NCBI RefSeq assembly: GCF_902713615.1
Contig: NC_052169.1
Coordinates: forward strand, 18,186,439 to 18,250,438
Direction of reading: 5' to 3'
Source of the DNA: Scyliorhinus canicula
Lineage: Eukaryota
DNA: 64,000 nt
Positions 44,901-58,535 of the stretch are shown in pieces; position 1 is the first letter of the stretch; every line of letters starts with the position of its first letter. Made by a program: the position numbers and the translations under genes. The notes under the pieces are model-generated. The model saw only the letters and a program-made list of their open reading frames with translations, had not been told where the DNA came from and searched no databases.

Positions 44901-47085
44901 GAAAGGTGGATCCTGCAGGGAGAGGACAGAACCAGATGGAGATAAATAACATTCCACAGAGGAAATATCATTCCAATTCTGTCATCTCCCCTTGATATTC
45001 AATGGCAACAATATTCTCGAGATTACCATTGTTGCTCGTTGTGTTCTCTCTTTAATTGTCTCTGTTTATGGCGGCTAATATGGTCGCCGTTCTTAATTCT
45101 AATTACGTTTGCTCAAGAGTCGCCAGGTATCTCTCGATACCACCACAAGGTTCAAAACCGAATACTGATCAAAGACTCGATACACCAGTTAGTAAGTTCG
45201 AAATCAATGCTCATTTATTTACACACACAGTCAAATATACTCATGCACAAAACTGTACCAACTAAACTATCACTACTACTAAAGCCTATACTTAGCTTCA
45301 GGCGCCCACTCAGTCAGAGGAACAATGGCCGTTGTCCGGTTCTGAGGCTGCTGGGGTTGAGCTGGTACGGAATAGCAGATAAGAGCGTCTGCCTCATAGC
45401 GTGCATTGACTTTGGACTTACCTGTTCTGGTGCAGCTGCTAGGCAGCTCTCTCCTCACTGAGAGCCAAGGCCAAGAGAGCGATTCTCTCTCGGGGGCTTC
45501 TTCTTATACCCAAAGGGGGCTTCGCGCGCTTTTGGGCGGGCCTTGAACTTGGTTCCAATTAATTGGACTGCATCTAGATCATTCCTATCGATTTCCTCCA
45601 ATAAAGGGGTGGCTGCCCTGATCGCTGGGCGGGCCCTAGGTGGCCGTTGGCCTGCTTTGTTCTAGTCTCCTCTGGCACCGGGGTGTCTGCCTTAGTATCG
45701 TTTACCTAAATGTTACCCTTTTGTCCCCGGAGATGGCCCATTAGTATGGCAATGGCTTTGCAGTATCGGCCTAGTCTGGGAGCTACAGCTCCAATCAACA
45801 GACAAACCTTGCACCTGCTTGCTTTCTCAGCATTGTCCATTTTCCCTGCATTCTTTGTAAAGTGTCCATTTTGTAATCGTGACGTGGCCGTCCCAGATGG
45901 CCACACCATTGACCATTGACTGAAGCTCAGTTGGCTGGACAGCTGGTTTGTGATGCAGACCAAGGCTAATAGTGCAGTTCAATTCCGGTACTGGCTGAGG
46001 TTATTCATGAAACTCAACCTTGTCCCTCGCCTGAGGTATGGTGACCCTTAGTTTAAGTCACCACCAGCCAGCTCTTCGCCCCTCAAAGGGGGAAGCAGCC
46101 TATGGTCATCTGGGACTATGGCAAGGTTACCTTTTACATCAAACTGGCTTCCAAGAGCAGGAATTACAAGGCTGGGAATTCTGTGGTGTGTAACTCACCC
46201 CCATGACCTTCAAAACCTTTCCACCATCTGTAAAACAGGTCAGGAGTTGAATTTTGACACAGAAACATGAATATTGCATAGAACAGTACAGCACAGTACA
46301 GCCCCTTCGGCCCACGATGTTGTGCCGACCATTTATCCTAATCTAAGATCAACCGAACCTACACTCCATCAATTTACCGCTGTCCATGTGCCTGTCCAAG
46401 AGTCACTTAAATGTCCCTAATGACTCTGACTCCACCACCTCTGCTGGCAGTGCATTCCACGCACCCACCACTCTCTGTGTAAAGAACCGACCTCTGACAT
46501 CTCCCCTATACCTTCCTCCAATCACCTTAAAATTATGTCCCCCCGTGACAGCCATTTCCGCCCTGGGGAAAAGAATATTGCTGCAAAGTCAGGGTGAAGG
46601 GGATGTATAAACGTGGCAGAATGTGATGAAAATTTGGATTCAATAATACTGAACCATTACTTCTATAAGTATTGTATTTAATTGTGGTTCTTTGCCAGAA
46701 CTAACTGGCCAACTCACTCTCTCTACAGTCCTGTTTCTTTCACAACTTCAAATACTTATCTAATTCTCAGTTAAAAGATGAATGATCTCTGCTTCAACCA
46801 CTGCTTGTCAAAGCATTCCATTGCCCCCACTCTCTGTGTAAAGAATTGCTCCTAGTCTCTCCTCACTCTCTGAATCAAACTGATGGTCCATGATCGCACC
46901 ATGATAAAGTAACACAGCAAACACCATCATTTGACTGTGTTAAACATCTACACAAGAACAGCAATGATTTATATCCTTTTTGTCCAGATGAGGAATATGT
47001 TGAAGATTAATGGAGACTATTCGTCCTTACCTGCAACATGTTGGAACAGGAGAAAAAGACCCAGAAACAAAGTATCGAGAGCCAT
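30728..47085 (-). CDS. Gene copy B: intact 10-exon type I IgSF receptor, ~597 aa (leader, Cys-rich Ig-like D1, V-set D2 + mucin stalk, stalk 2, TM, Tyr-motif tail); CD300/MDIR-like architecture
   Basis: join(complement) 47031..47085, 43739..44134, 36083..36664, 35830..35937, 35091..35201, 34959..34980, 34832..34866, 34554..34737, 31143..31177, 30728..30993 = 1794 nt. All GT-AG, phases 1,1,1,1,1,2,1,2,1 are compatible, no internal stop seen. Confidence 0.85.
31143..31177 (-). CDS. Copy B exon 9
   Basis: Paralog of 5382..5416. Confidence 0.7.
31864..32069. other. Assembly gap (206 N) at the paralogous position
   Basis: Ns. Confidence 0.99.
34554..34737 (-). CDS. Copy B exon 8, Tyr-motif exon
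   Basis: Paralog of 8964..9147. Confidence 0.75.
34832..34866 (-). CDS. Copy B exon 7
   Basis: Paralog of 9242..9276. Confidence 0.7.
34959..34980 (-). CDS. Copy B exon 6
   Basis: Paralog of 9369..9390. Confidence 0.6.
35091..35201 (-). CDS. Copy B exon 5, TM (PVIIAIVCVVALICIVGAICIIRRKR)
   Basis: Paralog of 9501..9611; tgtag acceptor. Confidence 0.9.
35830..35937 (-). CDS. Copy B exon 4, stalk
   Basis: Paralog of 10240..10347. Confidence 0.75.
36083..36664 (-). CDS. Copy B exon 3, V-set D2 + five TSTSGLSSV-type repeats
   Basis: 582 nt, open; Cys-Trp-Cys V-set core with DTGRYLC; N-glycosylation sequons NVT, NQS, NLT, NIS. Confidence 0.9.
37378..41718. repeat. Same minisatellite expanded to ~4.3 kb
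   Basis: Read directly; same flanks as in copy A. Confidence 0.95.
43739..44134 (-). CDS. Copy B exon 2, D1
   Basis: 396 nt, open, same splice sites; within ORF 43629..44180. Confidence 0.75.
47031..47085 (-). CDS. Copy B exon 1, signal peptide
   Basis: Same as copy A exon 1. Confidence 0.85.
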
Positions 47086-49589
47086 TTCAAATTCCACACC
47101 GTCTTTGCTCGGTGAAGAAGTAAAAAAACAGCAGCATGGGGAATTACGAATATTGGTCAAAACGGATTATTTTCTACTACCCGAGTGGTAGGTTCGCCCT
47201 CACATCCTGATCTGTGAGAAAGAGAAGTTGGACTTGCTTCCTGTTTGACCAACTCTGATGAAATGTGTGGCCTGACGTTATGTTAATGGTATTGGGACGG
47301 AAGTTGAGATTTTTGTTCAACCTCCCAACCAAAGAAATGACAAAAGGTGTAGGAGGCTGTGAAGTACCAAGTGTATGTTCAGAGGGTGTTGCTGTGTTTC
47401 AGGTTCCATCCCGCTCTGAGTCACTGTCCGTGTGGAGTTTGCACATTCTCCCCATGTCTGCGTGGGTTTCACCCCCACAACCCAAAGATGTGCAGGATAG
47501 GTGGATTGACCACGCTAAATTGCCCCTTAATTGAAAAAAAAATAATTTGTATATAAAAGAAAGGGGGATCATTACACCAGTGAAAAATAATTGGGCACTC
47601 TAAATTTAAATTAAAAAAAAACATTCTTCCCAACATCTGTGTTCAAATTTATTTTCACCCGGCTTAGTTCAAACTCCTTCTTCAAATTATCTCAATGTAT
47701 CTTCAGAGAGTCTAAACTTGCTGCATGAACGGTGCTCAATATAATTTTGTGATTACTCTTCAGTTCAAGGATATTACTGGCAATTTGCTATTTGTTGCCC
47801 ATCACTAGTTGTCGTGGAGAAGTTGATGGAGAATATTCTACCTGCCCCGCGGTGTCCATGTGGTGTGGGTACTCCCACAGTGCTGTTAGCAAGGGAGATC
47901 CTGGGGATTGCCACAGTGAAGGAATGAAGATAAAGGGCCCGATCTACCAGCCGCAGTGCGCCAGGCGTGAATATGAGTGAGTCGGTTAGCTAGTGGGAGA
48001 GGCCAAAATTGGGAACCACGCTGGGCAGCGATTGGTTTCTGATCTAACTGGCCTGTTCCCGTTGGCAAGATCCAGATCCCGCTGCGGCGTAGTGAGAAAC
48101 CAATAATCACTGATTAAGACCAATCATTAATGTGAAGGACTCCCTATCGCAGTGTTTTCAAACTTTTTTTCACTTTTACCAACCGACGGACCTTTGGGAC
48201 CCACTCCAGCCAACATTCGCAACCCACGCCGGCCAACCTTAGCGACCCACGCCGGCCGACCTTAGCGACCCATGCCAGCCGACCTTTGCGACCCACGCCG
48301 GCCAACCTTAGCGACCCACGCCGGCCGACCTTAGCGACCCATGCCAGCCGACATTAGCGACCCACGCCGGCCAGCCTTAGCGACCCACGCCGGCCAACCT
48401 TAGCAACCCATGCCTGCCGACCTTAGCGACCCACACCGGCCGACCTTTGCGACCCACCATTATTGCTTACCTTTAAAGCGGCAGGTGAGCCTGTTTGGTC
48501 CTCATGATCTCACTTGCTTCGTCATTCAATGTTACATTTCTGCGAAGTCTGACGTCAGCTGACGATTTAAGTTCTTGCTGCATCCTTTGAAAAAAATCAA
48601 GAACTTTGTCTTAGTCTTCAAATGCCATTGAATATTTGAGGGTTTTAAACTTTCATTTGCCAGCACCTCCCTGCATATAACACACATGAACTTTGCATCC
48701 TGACTTCCATTGGCACAATTAAAGCCATACCTCAAGACATCATCTTTATACTGCTTTGTTTCTGATTTCAGTTTCTTCTTCATTGTTTATTCACCAGAAG
48801 TCCTGGAGCTCTGGATACAGCTCACAGCAGCACAGCTTTGTCCTGCTGTGGACTCTCTGTGGAAGCTCTCTCCAGCAGATTCTGTTGTGAGATCCTGGGC
48901 AGTTTGTGTCTCTGCCTCTCTCTTCCTTATTACAAAATATTCCATCTTCAGTTCTTCACACAGTCCTGTTGCTTGCTTGCTGGCAGCTACAAAAAGGAGG
49001 AATCTCTCCTCCATGACTTTCCGCCCAAAGCACAGGCGCACAGGGAGCGTGACATCATATATGTGCTGGGCGCATGACCTTCTCTCAGCTGCTGCCTCTC
49101 GCGGAAAGACTCATTATTCATACTTAAAGGTCTGTCGCAGCCGGCATTCTTTTTTTTACTTTGAAACTTTATTACCAATACCTCATTTTTCTAAGTTTTC
49201 CAAGTGAAACAATTTCAGTTGAACATGCACATCCTTACATTTACACACAAACTTTGTTTTAAATATATTCCCATTTCTTTAGAAATTTGAACAAGTATAG
49301 AAAATGTATGATCTTGTTTTTATTTTGCAAACTATGACTTTAGCCGAGACGAAGTAACTTGTCAAACACACACAATGTCACAATATTTCTTACCGGTTCC
49401 ACTGCATTGCACCATCCAAACATCCAAGTCATCTCCTTCTCCATTCTTACGAAAAGCACTTCAACACTTACATCCTGGATTCCAGAGAGTGGTTACACAA
49501 AGTGATGACTGTGTAGCTTTCTTCCTGACATGTGTCAGCTGCTTTGACTGGCCTCATTTGATCGGTGTTCCTGGCTGACAAACCTGGCC

Positions 49590-52500
49590 TGGTTTCCCTC
49601 TCACTGTCCAGTAGCTGCATCCACCCCAGTCACAGACTGCTGACCACTTCCCAATCAGTACTTCCTGTCCTGGGGGGTGCAAGCGGTCATTGTGCTGGCC
49701 AATGAACAGCTTCACCATGGAGCCGCAGAATGCATACGGCGGATCAGTGTGGGGGAACGAGCGGCAGTCACGTGGCTGTTGTTTAGAACACCTATTTAAA
49801 CATGTGAAACTAGCACAATGGCTACTGTGGGGATCCGAGGAGGGGAGTAGCCATCTTCAAAACTGGGAAGTCAGCCCGGGGGCACCGGGTCCACTGACCC
49901 ACTGCTCGGGGGGAGGCGGAGCCACCGGGGGGAGGGGGATGGGGGGGAGGAGATAGGCTCGGTTGGGAGGGTGGGCCGCCATCGTTGGGGGAGGGTTGCC
50001 CCTGGGCTGGGGGGGGGGGGGGGGGGTGAGAGGGGTCAGCGCCCAGGGGTATGCCATGCCACTCCCCTGGACCATTTATACCCATAACTTGGGCAGCTCC
50101 AGCTGCTGCCTGTCTGTCCCACCGAACAGCCCCTGACAGAGCTCCGTCCGTGGTAATTTGGTGAAGGTCACTTTAACCCTCACAGACCATGGCAACCATT
50201 GGCCGCACAGCTGAAGGCTTTTAAAAAAACAAAACATTTTTCTCTAAATTTAGATTACCCAATTATGTTTTTCCAATTAAGCAGCAATTTAGCGTGGCCA
50301 ATCCACCCACCCTGCACATCTTTAGGTTGTGGGGGTGAGACACAAGCAGACACGGGGAGAATGTGTAAACTCCACACGGACAGTGACCCGGGGCCGTGAT
50401 CGAGCCTGGGTACTCGGCGCCATGAGGCAGCAGTGCCAACCACTGCGCCACCATGCTGCCCTTGCTGAAGCTAATGGTGAATTGGCAATTCTCGGAATGT
50501 AAGCACCTCAAAGCTCCCAAGTGGATCCGCGTGGGTGGACGTGACATGACGCAGGCAATTGTTACTGTCTAGCATCCCAATCAGAATGTGAGGCCTGGAC
50601 ACGTGTCCTGAACTCCGGAAGCATCAACACCACAGAGGCAGCAGTCAAAGTTAGACCACCCAAGAGCTGGGACCCAGCACTGGTGCCAAGACCACAAGGA
50701 CATAGCACATGTGCATTACCCTCTCCTTGTTGATACAGAGCCTCCAGCGACCCATGAGGTCCAACGTCTATTCGATGGACGAGCGATGCCTGCACACCAT
50801 TGGCCGTCACTGGCCTCGGTCTCAACCTGTCCTGATGGGCGGCCGTTTCTTTTGGGTGTGAGATAGGACCCTGCACGTGAACCGCCGCGAACAGAGGGTG
50901 GGTGTGTGGAGCAGGGAGGGAACCAGTGTCTGGTCCAGGTCATGTTTCCAGCAGATGTCTGGGGTACAGGGTCTGAGGTCCACTGCCCAGAGGCCTCTGA
51001 TGGGGCGAGGGGTGTGTGTGCAGGGCGTGTTGCATGACACCCTGAGAGATGGCAGGGAATGTAATGGTTAGGCCGCTTGAGGGCTCAGAGAGCACAGGGT
51101 GGAAGCCATACTGATTGTCAGTCTCATGCTATCTCCAATTCCTTACAGATATTATATGATGGATCATATTTTGGATCCTGCGCAAGTTGCCCTCGTGGTG
51201 GTGTTGGAAACCCAGGAGGTAGACAGCAAAGAAGGCAGTGGCAGCACCGTTTACACAGACTCAAAGTGAAGATTCACATGCAGGGTCCTGTCCCACACCC
51301 GGAGGAAACGGCCGTCCATCAGGACAGGGAGGGATCGAGGCCAGTGACGGCCAATGGTGTGCAGACGCCACTCATCCTTTGAATATCCTTTGAACGGGGC
51401 TGTTTAGCTCACAGGGCTAATCGCTGGCTTTGAAAGCAGACCAAGGCAAGCCAGCAGCACGGTTCGATTCCCGTAACAGCCTCCCCGAACAGGCGCCGGA
51501 ATGTGGCGACTAGGGGCTTTTCACAGTAACTTCATTTGAAGCCTACTCGTGACAATAAGCGATTTTCATTTCGAATAGACATTGGTCCTCGTGGGCCTCA
51601 GGAGGCTCTGTCTCAACAAAGACGGTAAGACACATGTGCTATGTCCTTGTGGACTTGTGGAGGATACCCACTCCTGGTGGCTGTCAAGGTCACCACAGCC
51701 CTGAATCTTTACACCTCGGGTTCATTCCAGGGCTCGAGCAGGGAATTGTGTGGCATATCCCAACCTACAGCCCAAAAGTGCATCCATGAAGTCATGGATG
51801 CCCTGTTTACCCGGCAGCTGACTACATAAACTTTGACCTGGATCAGGCCCATCAAGATGCCCAGGCAGCAGGATTCTCCACCATCATTGGGATGCCCCAG
51901 GTCAATGGGGTAATAGATGGTACGCATGTCGCCATGCATGCACTGGGCGGTCCGCGATTTACCTTCATCAACAGGAAGGAATTCCACTCCCTAAACTTCC
52001 GACTTATATGCAACTACCACCTCAAGATCATGCACATGTGTGTACGCATCCCAGGGAGTGTGCACAACAGCTATATCCTGGGGCAGTCGGAGATCACTGG
52101 CATCTTCGAGGGACATCCCAGGGTGACTGGCTGGTTCTTGGGGGATAAGTGGTATCTTCTTCGGACCAGGCCAATGACACCAGTACAGAGACCAGAGACC
52201 AATGCAGATACTCGATATAACGAGGCCCATGTGGCCAGCCGGGCTGTCATTGAGCGGTGCATCGGACTGCTGAAAAGTCGGTTTTGTTGACTCAACCGCT
52301 CTGGGGTGAACTGCAACATGTCCGGGAGGGTCGCCTGCTTCATGGTGATCTCCTGTGCCCTCCACAACCTTCCACAGCAGCAGGGCGACGTGCTAGAAGG
52401 TGGAGGAGGAGGAACATGCGGCCACCTCCGAGAATGGGGACAAGGAGGAACCAGAGGTTGGGCCCAGGGAGGACCCATGGGACCAGCCAGAGGGTAACGG

Positions 52501-52903
52501 CAGGAGGTGGTGGTGAGGGATTGGCATGGCCAAAGGACCAGGGAGGCCTCATTCTCATAGCACCTGCTTTGTCTGTCATATCTCCCCCTCTCTCCTTCCC
52601 ACCCACTGTCCCCCATACCCGTGCTCCACCCAGTCTGCCTCCACTTCTCTTTCCCTTCCCCCCCCCGACCATCCCTCCACCCACCAATTACCAGTCACCG
52701 CATCCCCCCTTCCCCTGTCCCACCCTCCCAGGGTCTGTGTTCCATCACTTCAGGGAGATGAGCCTGTGTCAGCACTGTTAGCGCCTCAATATACAAGTCA
52801 GGATGGTGATGATAACCTGCTGTGAACTGAGCTCTGTCCTATGCCACAGTCTGACTCCTGTCTTTCTGCCTGAGAGCACGTTCACACCCATCACCTGCAC
52901 GTG
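49590..52903 (+). mobile_element. Paralogous degenerate Harbinger with a SINE insertion
   Basis: Copy of 21660-24777. Confidence 0.8.
51396..51572 (+). mobile_element. Young tRNA-derived SINE inserted in the Harbinger relic, TSD GAATA
   Basis: A and B boxes intact; absent at the paralogous site ~23450. Confidence 0.85.
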
Positions 52904-55566
52904 TGATGTACCATCAATTGGACGCGAGACACGATGAAGATCCAAACTGTGGCTTTAATCAGCTAGTTGTTAGCCCGGTGGTCGACTACAGAGAAAGACC
53001 GACCGCCGGGAAACCTGGGTACTTATACCCTGCCTTGGAGGCGGGGTCTACTTGCCTCTCGACCAATTGGTGAGCAGTCACATGACTAGTCCCAGCCAAT
53101 CAGACGAGAGGCACATGACCAGCCAGAGCCAATGGGAAACCAATGCTCTGCACCAATGGCAGTGCTCCCACTCATAACACCACATTCATCCCTTGTGGAG
53201 GAACAAGGCGGGGGGGTGTGTGAGGGGAAGAGAGAGGGGTGGTCCGAGGACTGGTGGTATGAGTAGAGATAATCGAAGATATGGGCTGCCCACTGGCTCG
53301 TGGCAAAAATAAACAATACTACATTAGGATGCAAAACAAATTACAATAGAGTCCAATAAGGTCCCATGGTTGCATCAGATGGTCACGATCAGCCTGTCGG
53401 GTGCCTGTGATGTTCTGGTGGACCATCGCAGTGGAGCCGGTGACGTTGGGCCGATGGTCGTCCTTGCCTCTGGGAGCATCGGTCGTAGATGTGTCTCCGT
53501 ACCACGGGCCGGTGGTGGAGACGCTGTAATTGGGGAAGGGGGGGGTATATGTGCTGGGTCGTGGGGGCGCGGGGGGCGCTTGGGGGAATTGGGGTTGGGG
53601 GGGCGGGTGTTGATGGAAGAGGAGAAGGCCGCACGCCAGCGGGTGCCAGGTCCCGGAGTGAGACCGTATCCTGCCGATCGTCGGGATACTCCACGTACGC
53701 ATACTGCGGGTTGGCATGGAGTAACTGGACTCGCTCAACCAACGGGTCGGACTTGTGCACCCGCACCTGCTTCTGGAGCTAGATAGGCCTGGGAGTGGCC
53801 AGCCAGGTCGGGAGAGGGGATCCTGAGGACGACTTCCTGGGGAAAACAAGAAGACGTTCATGAGATGTTTGATTAGTGGTAGTACAGAGGAGAGACCGGA
53901 TTGAATGCAGGGCGTCGGGGGTGACCTCTTGCCAACGGGGCATAGGGAGATCTCTGGACCGTAGAGCCAGCAGGATGGTCTTCCAAATGGTGCCATTCTC
54001 CTGCTCGACCTGACCGTTACCCCGGGGGTTACCCCTGGTTGTCCTGCTGGAGGCTATGCCCCTGCTGAGCAGGAATTGACGCAGTTCGTCACTCATAAAG
54101 GAGGTAGAAGTGCGGTTTGCACTCGGCGCAGACGTGGCAGTCCCTGGTGAGGGTCCTGACTTCCTCAACGGAGTAGGGCAGGTTGCGGGTCTTAATAAAA
54201 TGGTAAAAACGGGTGACCCCTGGATGGCAGAGGTCCATATGGAGGGAGCGGAGGCGGTCAATCTGCGCGCTGGCACAGGTACCGCGGGTTAGGGCATCGG
54301 AAGGCTCGTTGAGCTTCCCAGGACGATACAAGATATCGTAGTTGTACGTGGACAACTTGATCCGCCACCGCAAGCTCTTGTCGTTCTTGATCTTGCCCCT
54401 CTGTGCATTATCGAACATGAAAGCTACTGATCGTTGGTCTGTGAGGAGGGTAAACCTCCTGCTGGCCAGATAGTGCTTCCAATATCGCACAGCTTTGACT
54501 ATGGCCTGTGCCTCCTTTTCCACCGAGGAGTGGCGGATTTCGGAAGCGTGGCGGGGTCGTGAGAAGAAGGCCACGGGTATGCCTGCTTGGTTCAGGGTGG
54601 CCGCCAGAGCTACGTCAGATGCGTCGCTCTCGACCTGGAATGGGAGGGACTCATCGATAGCATGCTTCGTGGCCTTTGCGATATCCGCTTTGATGCGGCT
54701 AAAGGCCTAGCGGGCCTCCATCGACAGGGGAAAAGAGGTGGACTGGATGAGGGGGCGGGCTTTGTCGGCGTAATTGGGGACCCACTGGGCGTAATATGAG
54801 AAGAAGCCCAGGCAGCGTTTGAGGGCTTTGAGGGAGTTGGGGAGAGGGAGTTCCATCAGGCGGCGCATGCGTTCGGGGTCGGGGCCTATCACTCCGTTCG
54901 CACTACGTAGCCGAGGATAGCTAGACAGTCGGTGCTAAACACGCACTTATCCTTATTGTAGGTTAAATTAAGGAGTTTTGAGGTTCGGAGGAATTTTTGA
55001 AGGTTGATGTCATGGTCCTACTGGTCGTGGCCGCAGATGGTGACGTTATCGAGGTACGGGAAGGTAGCCCGTAACCCATGCTTGTCGACCATTCGGTCCA
55101 TCTCCCGTTGGAAGACCGAGACCCCATTTGTGACACCGAATGGAACCCTGAGGAAGTGGTAGAGGCGCCCATCTGGCTCAAACGCGGTGTACTTGCGGTC
55201 ACTCGCGCGGATGGGGAGCTGGTGGTAAGCAGACTTAAGGTCCACCGTGGAAAAGACTTTGTATTTCGCAATCCTGTTAACCAGGTCGGAAATACGGGGG
55301 AGAGGGTACGCGTCCAGCTGCGTGAACCTGTTGATGGTCTAACTGTAATCAATGACCATCCAGTTTTTCTCCCCAGTCCGAACTACCAGCACTTGGGCTC
55401 GCCAGGGACTGTTGCTGGCCTCGATAACGCCTTCCATAAGGAGCCTCTGGACCTCGAACCCGATGAAGGTCCGGTCCTGGGCATTGTATCGTCTGCTCCG
55501 AGTGGCGACCGGTTTACAATCTGGGGTGAGATTAGCAAACAAGAAAGGGGAGTCCACTTTGAGGGA
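52904..55566 (-). mobile_element. Paralogous Gypsy fragment (3' LTR 52904-53184)
   Basis: Same junctions and same internal deletion as 24778-27439. Confidence 0.9.
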
Positions 55567-58535
55567 CTATGTATCATAGAATCTACAGGGCAGAAGGTCA
55601 TTCGGCCCAGCGAGACTGCACCGGCCCTTGGAAAGAGCACCCTACTTAAGCCGACACCTCCACTCTATCCCCATAACCCAGTAACCCCACCTAACTTTTT
55701 TGGATACTGAGGGCAATTTAGCACGGCCAATCCACCGAACCTGCACATTTGGTTGATGATTATCTATGATGTATGGAGGGGACTTTAGCAGTAAATTCAT
55801 GTGGATTCACTTCATTCCGGTCCTTGTTGTGTGGTGTTCATGTTCCAAACAACATGCATTGTTCCAGAATTAGATTCAAATTCAAAGACTGGAAAATTAG
55901 AACAATGGTAATGCAATCTAGAAATAGTTGGAGCTTTTTAACAAATAATTTTCTTGGGATGAGAGCCTTGCTGGCAAGGCTGTCTTTATTGCCCACCTCT
56001 AGTTGCCCTTGACAAGGTGATGGTGAACCTTTTCCTTAGACTCCACACTCTGTGTGGTGTAGGTGCACCCACAAAGCTTTGTTGTCAGGAGTTCCAGGGG
56101 TTTGAATTTGGGGCGAATGAAGGACAAGCAGCAACAGGAAGAGTGTTGTATGTGTGGATATGGAAGACTTGTGCACCTGTCAGTGTTGGGAAGCCTGGTT
56201 GAGTTTGATCATCTCTACCTCAGGGGCCTTGAGCCCGATTGCTGTGTCCTCACTGGGATAATTCCATTTACTCCATTAGCTTGGCATAAAATTCCTGCTT
56301 CAATGATAACTCACTTCATCATTTGGTTGACATTTTAAAACAATCTTTATTCAATTACTTCCCGTCACACGGGTTTACATTCTGCATATCACACAGCAGC
56401 AATGCGTTGTTCTGGAGTCCTGCCTGGGTTGTGGTGGGGGTTGGTCCTCGTTAGTGGTGTGAAACTCACAGAGAATCAACAGTCAGTTTCACCCTGTGCC
56501 AAATTTTCGTTTCAGTCAACATCAAAATTGGCAAAGGCCAGTTTCAGCCTCAAATGAATAACCGGCGCATTCTTCAACTGTGTGATCCCACGCTCTGCGT
56601 TGGTGAGATTGGAAACGCAGAATGGGTCGGTCTCTTTGCTTTGTGTTGATAGCCACATAGCCTCAGAACAATCTGTGAAAGCCAAGGAGTTGCTGCCTGT
56701 GATTTGATACCATTTACAGAATGCTCCAGAATATTACAGTCTGCACAAAGTCCTGCGTCTCAAACAGCTTTGGGTCTACGGCTGGTGAAACACACTTGCT
56801 CCCGAGGGTGGCAATTAACTCTGGTGTTCCGTGTGGTTTCCCTTCTCTGGAAATTCTTGGATGAATAGAAAGAAGACTTCCATCTATATAGAGCCATTCA
56901 CGACCTCAGGACTTTCCAAGATCTTTACAAATTAGTTTGGATATAATCATTATCATAATGCAGGAAACACAGCAACCAGTTTTCACACAGCAAGTTCCCA
57001 CAAGCAGCAATCTGATAACGTCCAGATAAAAATCAGCTCTTGATCGTAATGCCACAGGATCTTTTCAGTCCATTTGACAGAGCAGACAGGTTCAGGACAT
57101 TGCCTTCAACAATGCAACACTCCCTTGGTGCTGCACTGAAGTATCTGCCTCGATTATGTGCTCAAATTCCGAATTGTCGTTCAAATGTCCCGATATCTAT
57201 TTTCGACCTGTGAAGTATCATAGCAGGAGTGGGAACCTATAAAATCTCCACACAGTCCCAGGTTCAGCATGGCTCCAACAATATTTGTTCATTCGACCTT
57301 TTAAAGAGCTTCCCAGTGATAATGGTTTGATTTTCCATTTCCCACACTAGCCTTCATTACAGCCTCCCTCACCTGAGTCACAGTTCTGTGCTGTAAGGCC
57401 ATGTGAGCTGCCCTGGGGTAAACTCATTCCATGTCACGATGTTGTGAGCAGTCGACAGAGCAGACTATCCCCTCAACGTTCTGGACTGCGTTTCAGCCAG
57501 GGTACCAAGGGGCGAAGGGTGAACGGATATGATACTGAAACTACTATCGGTGCAGCATAAACTGACACACAAAGATCACAAGTTCAGGTGATGCAGGAAA
57601 AGCAAAGGGTCACGCACTGGAACATTGGGGCCTTTACTGTGTTTGAGGTCCATGCACCTAGTAGGTGTTGAGTGGAGGAAATTGACACTGTGCCAGTTAC
57701 ATTCTGCACCAGTCCTGGGCCTGCTCAATACTGACGATGGAGCATGGAATTTGGATCCGGGTGTAGCACAAAATGCACACACTCAATTTGGCTGGTGACA
57801 AGAGAACAGTGGATTGAACCCATAGCTTATTCTGATTATACGAAGCAGCCTGCGGGGTCCCAGACATAATGGGGAGTAAGTTTAGGAGGTGGGTTTATGG
57901 GCAGGGACAACATTCGGAGATAGCTAATCTGGTTTAGGCCCTGCTGCAAGCATTAAGTGTCTTATTGGCATATTAAAGAGGCCTAACTCCTGTCTCAGGC
58001 AGCTGTCAGAGACCCATTAATATAGCAGCATTGATATGGTGCCAGACATGTTTCTGACAATTTGGGAATGGTGGGTTGGTCCCTGTAATACCTCTCACCA
58101 GACTCACCGGGACACCCTGATTCATCTCCCCATGGGACCCATGGAATACAAGCTCCCCCGCTATTGGGCGGAGGCCCATCAGCTGGAGCTCGTAAAGATT
58201 GCCTCATAATAGCCGGCCCGGACTGGACCCGGTGTGAGCAGTAGTGACTGGGACCTTGGGATTGCAAGTCACGTTGCAGCCTTTATTTTTGTTGTTGAAT
58301 TAAACTTCTTTTGGATTATCCTCTCCGGCCTCCTGAGATTTCATAGTCCCCTAAATTGGACTTCATTTGCACTATTATTCAGCAGGAAAAATAGTGTAGC
58401 AATAACTAATTCAACCCCTTCAAATGATCCTCCCCCATCCCAACCCCCACCTTTCAGGTGTCCACAGTGGGAAAGTGATCAATATCTAGCTCAGAGCATA
58501 AATGTAAAATGTTTGTATATTTGTGAAAAAACTTG

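Larger units (their letters stand above)
23921..52045. repeat. Tandem segmental unit 2 (28,125 bp)
   Basis: Colinear with unit 1; extra length comes from the Gypsy fragment, a longer VNTR and a SINE. Confidence 0.95.

Noticed and set aside
51396-51475. tRNA gene (also 11140-11220)
   Set aside because: The tRNA-like head continues into a LINE-type tail with a TSD, so it is a SINE.
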